Positions 17,511 to 27,441 of a DNA stretch of 64,000 nucleotides are shown piece by piece. Positions within the stretch are counted from its first letter, which is position 1. The number at the start of each line of letters is the position of its first letter. The notes beneath the pieces were generated by a model, which was not told the DNA's origin, made no database searches, and saw only the letters and a program-made list of their open reading frames with translations. The DNA comes from an uncultured Bacteroidales bacterium (lineage in GTDB: Bacteria > Bacteroidota > Bacteroidia > Bacteroidales > Muribaculaceae): NCBI GenBank assembly GCA_902782465.1, contig CACZNH010000007.1:53687-117686 (forward strand), written 5' to 3'. The position numbers and the translations under genes are program-made.

Positions 17511-17603
17511 TTCCGACATTATACCCAAAACTGATGTGACGACAAGGTCTATACCCTGCCGCCACATCTTAACTTTCTATCGATTATACCATCAACAGGT
17601 ATT

Positions 17604-20441
17604 CTAATTCAGAATGAGGTCAATCAAGGCAGTGATGTCGTTGATGGTAACTTCGCCGTCTTGATCCACATCGGCACAGATAGTGCACAGGCTTTGTTCA
17701 TTCAGAACGTAGTCAATAAGTCTTGTCACATCAGCAATGGTTAAGCTTCCATCGTGGTCAACGTCACCAGGCTCAAAGCCGTGACCGTTCTCAAACAATG
17801 TCACTTGTTGTTTGTTGCTCCATGCGCTCTCAGTGCCATCGATGTACTGTGTTTTCACCCTGTAGATAAAGGTGCCCTCGGCAAGGAGGCCTTCGACAGT
17901 ATAGAACATATCGGTGATGCCCGTAATGAGACGAGAGGTCTCATCACCAGTTTCAGTAGCACGAAGACTGGTGGTCAGCTCACCGGCATAGACCGTAACG
18001 CCCTTGACACTGGAATAGGTGTTATTGCCAGCATTGGCAAGCTTAACAGCATCCAAGGCATTGCAGTCCAACACAATAGTGTATTCGGTGAAATCACCCG
18101 TCAACGACAAATCCTGATAATCGGAGCCGGTAGATACTCTCATGGTGGCACTATTGTTTCCGTAAGCTGCGGCCTTGACAATCACAGTAACCTTATCATA
18201 ACCATTCATGTCATAGGTCGGGGTCATGATTGAGCCGCTGTAGGCCATAATCAGTGATCCGCCATAGGCAGCGAGATAGGACATTGCCGACCAGCCATCG
18301 GGCAAGTAGCCCTCAGTATTCTCACTGATATCAACCAGATAACCGTTTTCTACAGCATTGGGTACTCCCGTGAAGTCGGCCGTCTCAAGCAGTTCAGAGC
18401 TGGGCTTGGGAGCTACTTCCAGCGTATAGCTTAATACATTCTCAGCTGGAGTCTGGTCAGTCCAGTCAGCACGGAACGTGGTCAGGTTGATGTAAGCACT
18501 ATCGGCAGGCAGCATTACCGGGGTGTAACCCTCAAGTCTACCCTTACCCGTAAGTGCTACAACGACATCCTCAGCACCATTGCTGCTCAAGGTCAACGTA
18601 GCGTTATATTCCTGAAGTGCCACAGGGTCAAAAGTCACTGTAACAGTGGTGCCGTTGGTGATTTCGGCGGCACTGATAACCGTCGGATTGACAGCAAACA
18701 CACCATTGGCATCGTTGACCGTGAGGGTCACATCGCCCGTCATGGCCACACCGATAACATTGAATGTTGCGGTACCTGTCGTATTCATCATCACTTCACC
18801 ACAATCGAGGAGATCGGTGGAGACTGAGATGACAGGACTGGTCGCAGAGTTCTTCATGTACCAGAAACTGGCCGTACCATCAGGATTAATGACCATTTCG
18901 GTCACAGGCTTGCCCAGTGAACCTGCACTGCTGACGATGCTGCCATTGGCTCTCATAAAGAGTTTGGTGGCAGGCGTGGAATTGTCGGTCAGGTCACGCT
19001 TATTGCCCTGAGGCCACAGGTCACCAGTTTCGTCATAGTATGACCAACTGTTGTCTGCATTGACAAGCTGCAACAGCTGGATGTTCTCGTTGTTTACCGT
19101 ATTACCAGCCCAACGGTCAGCACTATAAGTGACATGGGTCACCATGATGCCCTCGGCAGGCATATAACGGTCCCAACCCTGCTTCTTGCGGTTCTCAAAG
19201 ATGAAATACTCGTTCTGGTTCAAGTCGCTCTTGATGCACACTGCCTTATCGGTAGCAGCATTCTTCAGGTTCATGGCAGGCAAGGTGAAGTAGGTGCCTG
19301 GACGTGGAGTGATGTAGTCAATCCATCCCATGAACACCTTCTCATAGGCACTATAGCCTGGCGGAGTGAAACCGTCATTGTTGTAACATCCCATGCACAT
19401 GATGTCCCAGTCGCCCATACCGTAATGACCGCCATTTGCTGTGTCATACATGTCGGGCAAGCCCAGGCAGTGGCCAAACTCATGGGTAAACGTGCCGATA
19501 CCGTCAATCGTTGAGCCGTTGTCATTATCACCGTACAACTCATTGAAAACAGCAAAGGTATTTACAATCGGGTCCCCGTTTTTGGGGCGGAATGCGCCAT
19601 TACCGCCAAAACCATAGTAAGATGCCGAGTAGAGGTCCCAGTTGCAGGGCCAAATGGCCTCGGGATGCGTCGTTGAGGCCTGAGCCTCACCGACACCGGC
19701 ATATATGACGATAACCACGTCACAGTAGTCGTCGCTATTGGTGTCATAAGGGGAAAACGACACACCGTCACTCGACGCCATCTCGACCGCCTCGCTTACC
19801 ATTGCGCCAAGGCCTTTATCCGAACCATTGCGATTGCCGCCGTAGTACTGGCGGGTCTGAGACAGGGAGTAGATGCCATACACGTCAAATTCAGGCTCAT
19901 ACAAGCCGTTGGACTGGTCACGGAAGTACTGGCCAACGCTCTCGTTGCCGGTCAGCATCGCATCGATGATGTCCTGACGCGAGTTGTTGAACTTTTTGTC
20001 CTTGAACTCCACCAGAATGATGGGGATGCGGCGCTTGCCGATAGCGGGAACACCAGACTCCTCATTGCTGCCGCCGACACTGAACATGGGCCGTTGCTGC
20101 GATTGACGCTGGTAGGACTTATAGGTCATTTTCAGATTTCCGCGCTGTGCATTGACAAAGGCATTCTCACTGGCGCTGCGCTCACCAACCTCATGGGCAC
20201 GCACGGCGGTGAGTCCCGTCAACGAGGAGGTATAATAAAAGTCGCCATCCTTGCCTTTTGCGACCGTCAATCCGTCGCTGGTCAGGATGGCATTGTTAAA
20301 GGCGTTACCCACGGCCTGAACCTTCAGGATAGTGCCGTCACTCTGCTTGATGGTGTGCCAGCCTGGCTTGGCAGGCATAGCCACAGCTGCGATGCCGCAA
20401 CATAGGAGCATCAACAGGGTCAAAAACTCTTTTCTCAACAT
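17604..20441 (-). CDS. Secreted M6-like zinc metalloprotease with Ig-like repeats and a C-terminal dockerin-like module
   Basis: Signal peptide MLRKEFLTLLMLLCCGIAAVA (I prefer ATG 20441 over the track start 20474). Zinc motif HEFGHCLGLPDMYD. The last 54 aa contain two DxDxDG...D EF-hand-like repeats. Confidence 0.75.
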   Translation of the reverse strand: MLRKEFLTLLMLLCCGIAAVAMPAKPGWHTIKQSDGTILKVQAVGNAFNNAILTSDGLTVAKGKDGDFYYTSSLTGLTAVRAHEVGERSASENAFVNAQRGNLKMTYKSYQRQSQQRPMFSVGGSNEESGVPAIGKRRIPIILVEFKDKKFNNSRQDIIDAMLTGNESVGQYFRDQSNGLYEPEFDVYGIYSLSQTRQYYGGNRNGSDKGLGAMVSEAVEMASSDGVSFSPYDTNSDDYCDVVIVIYAGVGEAQASTTHPEAIWPCNWDLYSASYYGFGGNGAFRPKNGDPIVNTFAVFNELYGDNDNGSTIDGIGTFTHEFGHCLGLPDMYDTANGGHYGMGDWDIMCMGCYNNDGFTPPGYSAYEKVFMGWIDYITPRPGTYFTLPAMNLKNAATDKAVCIKSDLNQNEYFIFENRKKQGWDRYMPAEGIMVTHVTYSADRWAGNTVNNENIQLLQLVNADNSWSYYDETGDLWPQGNKRDLTDNSTPATKLFMRANGSIVSSAGSLGKPVTEMVINPDGTASFWYMKNSATSPVISVSTDLLDCGEVMMNTTGTATFNVIGVAMTGDVTLTVNDANGVFAVNPTVISAAEITNGTTVTVTFDPVALQEYNATLTLSSNGAEDVVVALTGKGRLEGYTPVMLPADSAYINLTTFRADWTDQTPAENVLSYTLEVAPKPSSELLETADFTGVPNAVENGYLVDISENTEGYLPDGWSAMSYLAAYGGSLIMAYSGSIMTPTYDMNGYDKVTVIVKAAAYGNNSATMRVSTGSDYQDLSLTGDFTEYTIVLDCNALDAVKLANAGNNTYSSVKGVTVYAGELTTSLRATETGDETSRLITGITDMFYTVEGLLAEGTFIYRVKTQYIDGTESAWSNKQQVTLFENGHGFEPGDVDHDGSLTIADVTRLIDYVLNEQSLCTICADVDQDGEVTINDITALIDLILN

Positions 20442-20580
20442 AATCTGGAAGTTTATTAATAGCATTAATGTCATTATTTTACTCTAGTGCAAAATTAATG
20501 ACAAAAAACGAATCAATAAACAGATATGGATGGTTTTTCTAAAAAAAGATACAAAAAGCAACCTTATGCAGCCATCATCA

Positions 20581-22389
20581 TCACTCCTGAAGATTCTGTA
20601 TGAGGGTTGCGGCCTTGGCAGGGCCAATTACCGCAACCAGTTCCTCCTGGGAGGCCTCGCGGATGCGCTTGAGTGACTTGAAGTGCTTGAGCAGCGTTTC
20701 GCGCGTCTTGGGGCCGATGCCAGGGATATCGTCGAGGGCACTGTGCAGCTGCCCCTTGCTGCGCTGCTTGCGGTGGAAGGTGATGGCAAAACGGTGAGAC
20801 TCGTCACGCAGCCGCTGGATGACGTGCAGCGTCTCGCTGTTCTTGTCGATATACAGGGGCACACTATCGCCCGGGAAATAGACTTCATTCAGGCGTTTGG
20901 CAATGCCCACAACGGCGATTTCGCCATGCAGCCCAATGCCGTTGAGCGCCTCGATGGCTGCCGTCACCTGCCCCTTACCGCCATCGACGACAAGCAGTTG
21001 CGGCAGTTCCTGCCCTTCCTGAACGAGGCGGCTGTAACGGCGGGTGACGACCTCGCGCATGGTGGCAAAATCGTCGGCCCCCTCAACAGTCTTGATGTTG
21101 AAATGGCGGTATTCTTTCTTTGACGGTTTGGCGTTGCGGAACACAACGCATGAGGCTACGGGACTGGCGCCGCTGATGTTGCTGTTGTCAAAGCACTCGA
21201 CATGGCGCGGCAACACCGTCATGCGCAGGTCGCGCTGCATGGTGGTTAGGGTGCGCGTGGTGCGTTGTTCAGGGTTGAGCTTCTCCATCATGCGAAGGCG
21301 TTCGGTGCGCTTCTGTGTGGCATTCTTGACGGCGATATCCAGCAATTTCTTCTTGTCACCACGCTGCGGGATAATGAACGTGAGTCCGGCAAACTCCACG
21401 TCGGGGATGACGTTGACAACGACCTCGGTGACACGGTCACGGCGATAAGTCTCGGCAAAGCACTGGCGCACCTCGGCAATCGCCATCGACATGATTTCGT
21501 CATCGGTCTCGTCGTGCGTCGAGAGGCGATATTCCAGCGTCAAGGACTGCACCACTGCCCCACCCCGCACGTGCATAAAGCTGACCCAGGCGGCATCGTC
21601 ATCGCGCAGCAGCCCGAAGACATCGATGTTGTGGACCGTTGGGCTGACGATGACCGAACGCCGCCGCACGTTCTCCAGCAGTTTGTAGCGTCGTTTGACG
21701 AGCTCAGCCTCCTCAAAGCGCAACTCACTGGCCAACTGTTGCATCTGCTGCATCAGCACATCCATCAGCACGTGGGTGTCGCCGTTGAGAATCTGCCTGA
21801 TTTCGGCGATATATTCGCCATATTGCTCAGGCGACACCAAGCCCTTGCAGCATCCCTCACAACGGTGGATGTGGTACTGCAGGCACAGGCGGTGCTTGCC
21901 TGCATCGATGGTTTCACGTGAAACATTCAGGCGGCAAGTGCGCAGCGGATATATCTGCCGCATGGTGTCAATGAGCACCTTAGCGACTTCGGCACGGGGA
22001 TACGGCCCATAGAAGCGGTCACCCTTGGAACGGGCATCGCGAGTGATATAGACACGCGGATAAAGACCGCCCGAGATGCATATCCAGGGATAGCTCTTGT
22101 CGTCCTTGAGCAGGACATTGTAGCGCGGCTGATATTCCTTGATGAGGGCATTCTCGAGGTCGAGCGCCTCCTCCTCGGTATTGACGACGGTATATTCCAG
22201 GTCGGCGATGTTGCGCACAAGCATGGTGGTGCGCACCGACTCATGCTCACGGTTAAAGTAGGAATTGACGCGGCGCTTCAGGTTCTTGGCCTTGCCCACA
22301 TAGATAATGGTGCCCTCCCGATTGCGGTAGCGGTAAACGCCCGGATCGTCGGGAAGCAGCGACAATTTCAACTTCAACTCATCGGTCAT
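20581..22389 (-). CDS. uvrC: Excinuclease ABC subunit C
   Basis: GIY-YIG N-terminus (GVYRYRNREGTIIYVGKAKNLKRRVNSY), 602 aa, C-terminal HhH region (IPGIGPKTRETLLKHF). Confidence 0.9.
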   Translation of the reverse strand: MTDELKLKLSLLPDDPGVYRYRNREGTIIYVGKAKNLKRRVNSYFNREHESVRTTMLVRNIADLEYTVVNTEEEALDLENALIKEYQPRYNVLLKDDKSYPWICISGGLYPRVYITRDARSKGDRFYGPYPRAEVAKVLIDTMRQIYPLRTCRLNVSRETIDAGKHRLCLQYHIHRCEGCCKGLVSPEQYGEYIAEIRQILNGDTHVLMDVLMQQMQQLASELRFEEAELVKRRYKLLENVRRRSVIVSPTVHNIDVFGLLRDDDAAWVSFMHVRGGAVVQSLTLEYRLSTHDETDDEIMSMAIAEVRQCFAETYRRDRVTEVVVNVIPDVEFAGLTFIIPQRGDKKKLLDIAVKNATQKRTERLRMMEKLNPEQRTTRTLTTMQRDLRMTVLPRHVECFDNSNISGASPVASCVVFRNAKPSKKEYRHFNIKTVEGADDFATMREVVTRRYSRLVQEGQELPQLLVVDGGKGQVTAAIEALNGIGLHGEIAVVGIAKRLNEVYFPGDSVPLYIDKNSETLHVIQRLRDESHRFAITFHRKQRSKGQLHSALDDIPGIGPKTRETLLKHFKSLKRIREASQEELVAVIGPAKAATLIQNLQE

Positions 22390-22436
22390 CGACTATGATA
22401 TAGATGCTATAGACACTATAGAAGCTATAGGGTCTA

Positions 22437-22970
22437 TCAGAAGGTGAACAGCGAGGTGATTTCCACCTCGGGCGGAAAGACATCGCGACCGTTGAGGTCG
22501 GCAAGGTCACAGATAAAGCTGATGTAAACCTTCTTGGGATTCATCGACTTCACCAACTCATAAGCCGCCAGCATGGTGCCACCCGTGGCCAGGAGGTCGT
22601 CATGGATAACCACCACATCGTCAGGAGTGATGGCATCCTTATGGATTTCGATGGTGTCAGTGCCATACTCCTTGGTATAGGACTTCTGGATAACCTCTGC
22701 GGGCAACTTGCCAGGCTTGCGCAGGGGCACGAAACCTGCGCCCAACTGCGTGGCGAGGATTGCACCGCCAATGAAGCCTCGCGCCTCAATGCCAACGACC
22801 TTGGTCACGCCCTTGTCACAATACTGCTCAGTCATGGCACGGGTCATGATTTGGAGTGCCTCAGGGTCCTTAAAAGCGGTCGTCAGGTCCTTGAACTGGA
22901 TGCCTGGAACGGGAAAGTCAGGAATGTTGCGCACAACGCTTTTAACGCGTTCAATTTCTTGCTTATTCAT
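22437..22970 (-). CDS. apt: Adenine phosphoribosyltransferase
   Basis: 177 aa with the PRPP-binding motif VVVIHDDLLATGGT. Confidence 0.9.
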   Translation of the reverse strand: MNKQEIERVKSVVRNIPDFPVPGIQFKDLTTAFKDPEALQIMTRAMTEQYCDKGVTKVVGIEARGFIGGAILATQLGAGFVPLRKPGKLPAEVIQKSYTKEYGTDTIEIHKDAITPDDVVVIHDDLLATGGTMLAAYELVKSMNPKKVYISFICDLADLNGRDVFPPEVEITSLFTF

Positions 22971-23013
22971 TGTAAATCAGTATTTTATGTTAATATTGTT
23001 TCACGTGGAACGT

Positions 23014-24891
23014 TTATCTGCCCAATAACACGAGCAGAATATTGATATCACTGGGCGAAACGCCAGGAATGCGGGACGCCTGCCCCACCGTCTCGGGGTC
23101 GATGGCCTGAAGTTTCTGTCGAGCTTCGGTCGAAATCTGGTGAATCTGCGAGTAGTCAAACTTCCCCTTGAGGGTGACATTGTCGAGTCGAGCGACGCGG
23201 TCGGCGATGAGCGTCTCACGCTCGATGTACCCTCGGTACTTAATCGAGATTTCGGCAGCCTCGATGATTTCTTCACGACGTGCGTCCTCAAGCGCATCCA
23301 ACCTGGCTTGGAACTCGGGTAATACCTGAGCAAGCATTCTCACATTGAGCTGAGGCCTCAGCAAGAGGTCATGCAGTCGCTGTCCCTGTGATAAGGGTTG
23401 CAGCCCCAAGGACTCCAACACGGGATTGATGACAGCGGTCTTGACCGTAAATTCCCGGCAGAACGACACCAGTTCATCCATCTGTTGGCGTTTTGAGAGC
23501 ATCAGGTCATAGCGTTCCTTGGTAGCCAATCCCAGCCGGTAACCTTTTTCGGTCAGGCGCATATCAGCATCGTCTTGACGCAGCAGGATGCGGTGCTCGG
23601 CGCGCGAGGTGAACATGCGGTAAGGTTCATCGACACCACAGGTCACCAGGTCGTCAATCAGCACGCCGATGTAAGCCTCGTTGCGGGCCAGTGTGAAGGG
23701 TCCTCCCCCAATCACATTCTGGTGCGCATTGATACCTGCCACAAGCCCCTGCCCTGCCGCTTCCTCATAGCCAGTCGTTCCGTTGACCTGTCCTGCCAAG
23801 AAGAGGTTCTTGACCAACTTGGACTCCAAGGTATGCGTCAACTGCGTGGGGTCAAAGAAGTCATATTCGATGGCATAACCGGGACGGAAAGCATGCACGT
23901 TTTCCAGTGCCGGAATGTGTCGCAAAGCCTCGAACTGAATCTCCCATGGCAACGATGACGAGAAGCCGTTCAGGTACATTTCATGGGTATCGGCACCCTC
24001 AGGCTCGATGAAAAGCTGATGGGATGTCTTGTCGGCAAAAGTGACTATTTTGGTCTCGATACTGGGGCAATAACGGGGACCGATGCTGGTGATTTGTCCA
24101 TTATAGAGCGGTGATTCAGGCAGTCCCTTCTGCAGCACTTCATGCACTTTTTCGTTGGTATGCACAATCCAGCAGGGACGTTGGGGCAACTTAGAAGCGA
24201 CATCCGGGAGATAGGAAAAATGATGGAAATCATCCTCACCATCCTGACGGATACACTGCGAGAAATCAATGGAGCGCTCATCTAAACGCGGTGGTGTACC
24301 GGTCTTCATGCGTCCAACGGTGAAACCGAGCGACTGCAGCTGTTCCGTAATCCCCCTAGCGGGTGGTTCAGCGACACGTCCTCCAGGCGTCTGAACGCGT
24401 CCCACGTGCATCAAACCATTGAGGAAAGTGCCTGCAGTCAGCACCACTGCCTGGGCCGTAAAAGTCATGCCTAAGGCGGTTTTCACACCCTTGACTACCC
24501 CACCCTCAATAACGAATTCATCGACTGAATCCTGCCACATATAGAGATTTGGGGTGTTTTCGAGGACTTTGCGCCACTCAAGGATGAACTGCTGGCGGTC
24601 GCTCTGTGAACGCGGACTCCACATGGCGGGTCCCTTGCTGCGGTTGAGCATCCTGAACTGGATGCTGCTACGGTCAGTCACAATGCCCATTTGGCCGCCC
24701 AAGGCGTCAATTTCACGCACAATCTGCCCCTTGGCGATGCCACCCACCGCCGGGTTGCAGCTCATCTGCGCTATCTTGTTCATGTCGATAGTGATGAGCA
24801 ACGTGCGTGAACCAAGCCGTGCGGCGGCACTTGCCGCCTCACAACCGGCATGGCCGGCACCCACCACGATGACATCATAGTCGTTTCTCAT
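23014..24891 (-). CDS. mnmG: tRNA uridine 5-carboxymethylaminomethyl modification enzyme MnmG (GidA)
   Basis: FAD motif DVIVVGAGHAGCEAA, 625 aa, full-length family-typical sequence. Confidence 0.93.
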   Translation of the reverse strand: MRNDYDVIVVGAGHAGCEAASAAARLGSRTLLITIDMNKIAQMSCNPAVGGIAKGQIVREIDALGGQMGIVTDRSSIQFRMLNRSKGPAMWSPRSQSDRQQFILEWRKVLENTPNLYMWQDSVDEFVIEGGVVKGVKTALGMTFTAQAVVLTAGTFLNGLMHVGRVQTPGGRVAEPPARGITEQLQSLGFTVGRMKTGTPPRLDERSIDFSQCIRQDGEDDFHHFSYLPDVASKLPQRPCWIVHTNEKVHEVLQKGLPESPLYNGQITSIGPRYCPSIETKIVTFADKTSHQLFIEPEGADTHEMYLNGFSSSLPWEIQFEALRHIPALENVHAFRPGYAIEYDFFDPTQLTHTLESKLVKNLFLAGQVNGTTGYEEAAGQGLVAGINAHQNVIGGGPFTLARNEAYIGVLIDDLVTCGVDEPYRMFTSRAEHRILLRQDDADMRLTEKGYRLGLATKERYDLMLSKRQQMDELVSFCREFTVKTAVINPVLESLGLQPLSQGQRLHDLLLRPQLNVRMLAQVLPEFQARLDALEDARREEIIEAAEISIKYRGYIERETLIADRVARLDNVTLKGKFDYSQIHQISTEARQKLQAIDPETVGQASRIPGVSPSDINILLVLLGR

Positions 24892-25328
24892 TTCTTGAAT
24901 ACATCATCAGGAAGTATGGCAAGCGCTTCGTCCTCGAATTGTTCCATGATTTCGCGCTCGCCAGGACCCTTGTCATTGATGCCGCACAGGTGCAGCACGC
25001 CGTGAATCATCACACGCATCAGTTCCTTCTCGTAGGCGACACCCAGCATTTCGGCATTGCTGCTGACGGTGTCGAGCGAGATGACCATGTCGCCGGCAAT
25101 GTGCCGCGAATTGGTGTAATCAAAGGTGATGATATCGGTATAAAAGTCGTGACCGAGGAATTCACGGTTGGTCACAAGGATATACTCATCGTCACAGAAG
25201 ACATAGGTCAAGCACCCCACGCGCTGTCCATGTCGCTGTACCACCTTGACAATCCAGTCGAGAACTGCAGCCTCGTTGAGGGCAGGTAACGTGACATTAC
25301 CCTGAGTCATGTAATTGATTTCGGTCAT
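24888..25328 (-). CDS. ybeY: rRNA maturation endoribonuclease YbeY
   Basis: Zinc motif HGVLHLCGINDKG. I place the start at the internal ATG 25328 (MTEINYM...). The upstream 76 codons of the track ORF are AT-rich and look non-coding. The stop overlaps the mnmG ATG (ATGA). Confidence 0.85.
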   Translation of the reverse strand: MTEINYMTQGNVTLPALNEAAVLDWIVKVVQRHGQRVGCLTYVFCDDEYILVTNREFLGHDFYTDIITFDYTNSRHIAGDMVISLDTVSSNAEMLGVAYEKELMRVMIHGVLHLCGINDKGPGEREIMEQFEDEALAILPDDVFKK

Positions 25329-25827
25329 AACTATAGATTTTGAAAAATGGGATACAAAGATAGCCAAAAAAATTGGAAAAACAAACTTATCAGGGCAAGA
25401 TTTGCTCTCAAGAGCCCAAATTGGCAACATAATAGAGTAGGGCAGGGCAATTCTGCTCCAGCACGTCTCTTTCTGATTTATCTGAACTGGATGCAAAAAA
25501 CGCCAAAACGACTGAAAAACAGCCAAAAACGGCATTTTAACCGCTTGAGAATTCAAAATTCCAGCTCATCAGGATAACGACACGGCTATTTTTAACGGAT
25601 TCTGGCACAAAAAATGTTCATTTAATAATCGTACTGCCACTCAATGGAGATGTCACATGAGTGACACTATAAAGAGGAGAATCAACCTGGTTTTATCCTT
25701 CGGGTGGGACGGCTAAAATTTTTTTTGATTTTTTTTGCCAAAAATGTAGTTTTTTGATGTAGTGCTGCGTCTAAGGGGTGAGACTAAAAAACAAACAACA
25801 TACAACAACAACTAAAACGCTACAACT

Positions 25828-26280
25828 ATGATCGAGTTTTTCACAACCAATCTATGGCTCCTGTGGATTATCATCTCCATTGTATGCCTCATTCTAGAAT
25901 TATCATCGGGTGATTTCTTCATCCTGTGCTTTGCCATCGGCGCCGCAGCAAGTTCACTCCTTGCCGGCTGCGGATTGTCACTGACCTGGCAGATTATCGC
26001 TTTTGCCGTCGTGTCGGCCCTGAGTCTGTTTCTGGTGCGTCCCGCACTCATCAGGAAACTGCACAATCCTCACCGCGAGCGTCTGAGCAACGCCGAGGCC
26101 ATGATTGGCCAAATCGGTCGTGTGAGTGAGCCCATCGAGGCCAACGGCTATGGCCGCGTTGCCATCGACGGCGACGACTGGAAAGCCCGCAGTGTTGACG
26201 GCATCGCCATCAAGAAGGGGACCCGCGTGCGTGTCACCAGGATGGACAGCATCATCGTCACTGTCGAACCCATCGACTAA
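25828..26280 (+). CDS. NfeD-family membrane protein
   Basis: 150 aa with N-terminal TM helices and a C-terminal OB-like segment (GRVAIDGDDWKARS...GTRVRVTRMD). It sits directly upstream of an SPFH gene, the classic pairing. Confidence 0.8.
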   Translation: MIEFFTTNLWLLWIIISIVCLILELSSGDFFILCFAIGAAASSLLAGCGLSLTWQIIAFAVVSALSLFLVRPALIRKLHNPHRERLSNAEAMIGQIGRVSEPIEANGYGRVAIDGDDWKARSVDGIAIKKGTRVRVTRMDSIIVTVEPID

Positions 26281-26328
26281 ATTGCCAATTTTCAACTGAT
26301 ATTAACAACCATTTAAAACTTTATAGCT

Positions 26329-27294
26329 ATGACACCACTTTCCATTTTCCTCATCGTCCTGATTTTACTGGCATTGGTTCTGGTAAAGAATTCGCTCGTC
26401 ATCATCCCGCAGAGCGAGACCAAAATCATCGAGCGCCTGGGTAAGTACTATGCTACGCTCAAGCCCGGTATCAACATCATCATCCCGTTCATCGACCGCG
26501 CCAAGAGCATCGTCGCCTATGAGCACGGCCGCTATCGCACCACGACGGTCATCGACCTGCGCGAACAGGTCTATGACTTCGACAAGCAGAACGTGATTAC
26601 CAAGGATAACGTTATGACACAGATTAACGCCTTGCTGTATTTCCAGATCATGGACCCCTTCAAGGCTGTGTATGAAATCAACAACCTGCCCAACGCTATC
26701 GAGAAGCTGACGCAGACCACGCTGCGTAACATCATCGGTGAACTCGAGCTGGACCAGACGCTGACCTCGCGCGACACCATTAACAGCAAGCTGCGCGCCG
26801 TCCTCGACGACGCCACCAACAAGTGGGGTATCAAGGTGAACCGCGTCGAGCTGCAGGACATCCAGCCGCCGCAAACCGTACTGCAGGCCATGGAGAAGCA
26901 GATGCAGGCCGAGCGTAACAAGCGTGCTACCATTTTGACCAGCGAGGGTCAGAAACAGGCCGCCATTCTCCAGTCCGAGGGTCAGAAGACCGCCCGCATC
27001 AACCAAGCCGAGGCCGACAAGCAGACCGAGATCCTGCGCGCCGAAGGTGAAGCCCAGGCACGCATCCGCAAAGCCGAGGCCGAGGCTATCGCCATCGACA
27101 AGATTACCCAGGCAGTAGGGCAGAGCACCAATCCCGCCAACTACCTGCTGGCCCAGAAGTATATCCAGATGCTCGACACCGTTGCCAGCGGCGACAAGAC
27201 CAAGACGGTTTACCTGCCTTACGAGGCCACGAACCTGCTCGGCTCCATCGGTGGCATCAAGGAACTCTTCGGCTCCGACGGCAAGAAAGAGTAA
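26329..27294 (+). CDS. SPFH/band-7 (stomatin/slipin-like) protein
   Basis: N-terminal TM helix, an SPFH core (IIERLGKY...VTKDNV...LRNIIGELELDQTL) and a C-terminal coiled coil. Confidence 0.88.
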   Translation: MTPLSIFLIVLILLALVLVKNSLVIIPQSETKIIERLGKYYATLKPGINIIIPFIDRAKSIVAYEHGRYRTTTVIDLREQVYDFDKQNVITKDNVMTQINALLYFQIMDPFKAVYEINNLPNAIEKLTQTTLRNIIGELELDQTLTSRDTINSKLRAVLDDATNKWGIKVNRVELQDIQPPQTVLQAMEKQMQAERNKRATILTSEGQKQAAILQSEGQKTARINQAEADKQTEILRAEGEAQARIRKAEAEAIAIDKITQAVGQSTNPANYLLAQKYIQMLDTVASGDKTKTVYLPYEATNLLGSIGGIKELFGSDGKKE

Positions 27295-27441
27295 TGGGGT
27301 AGGGGAGATTTAAGAAATTCTTTATACCTTTGTGGCGATGATGGCAAAGACATACCACCATCGCCACTTTTATTAACCTATACATCCATACACTTTACAC
27401 CTTACACGTGAGCAAGCCTCAACTTGCGAACATTAAAAAAG

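Noticed and set aside
24888-25556. Long N-terminal extensions of the track ORFs for ybeY (to 25556), obg (44237..45904), the second LRR protein (59610..61568), the lipoprotein (to 54227) and the metalloprotease (to 20474).
   Set aside because: The extensions lack family similarity. They have intergenic-like composition or overlap the neighbouring gene or promoter. In each case an internal ATG yields the canonical N-terminus or a proper signal peptide.
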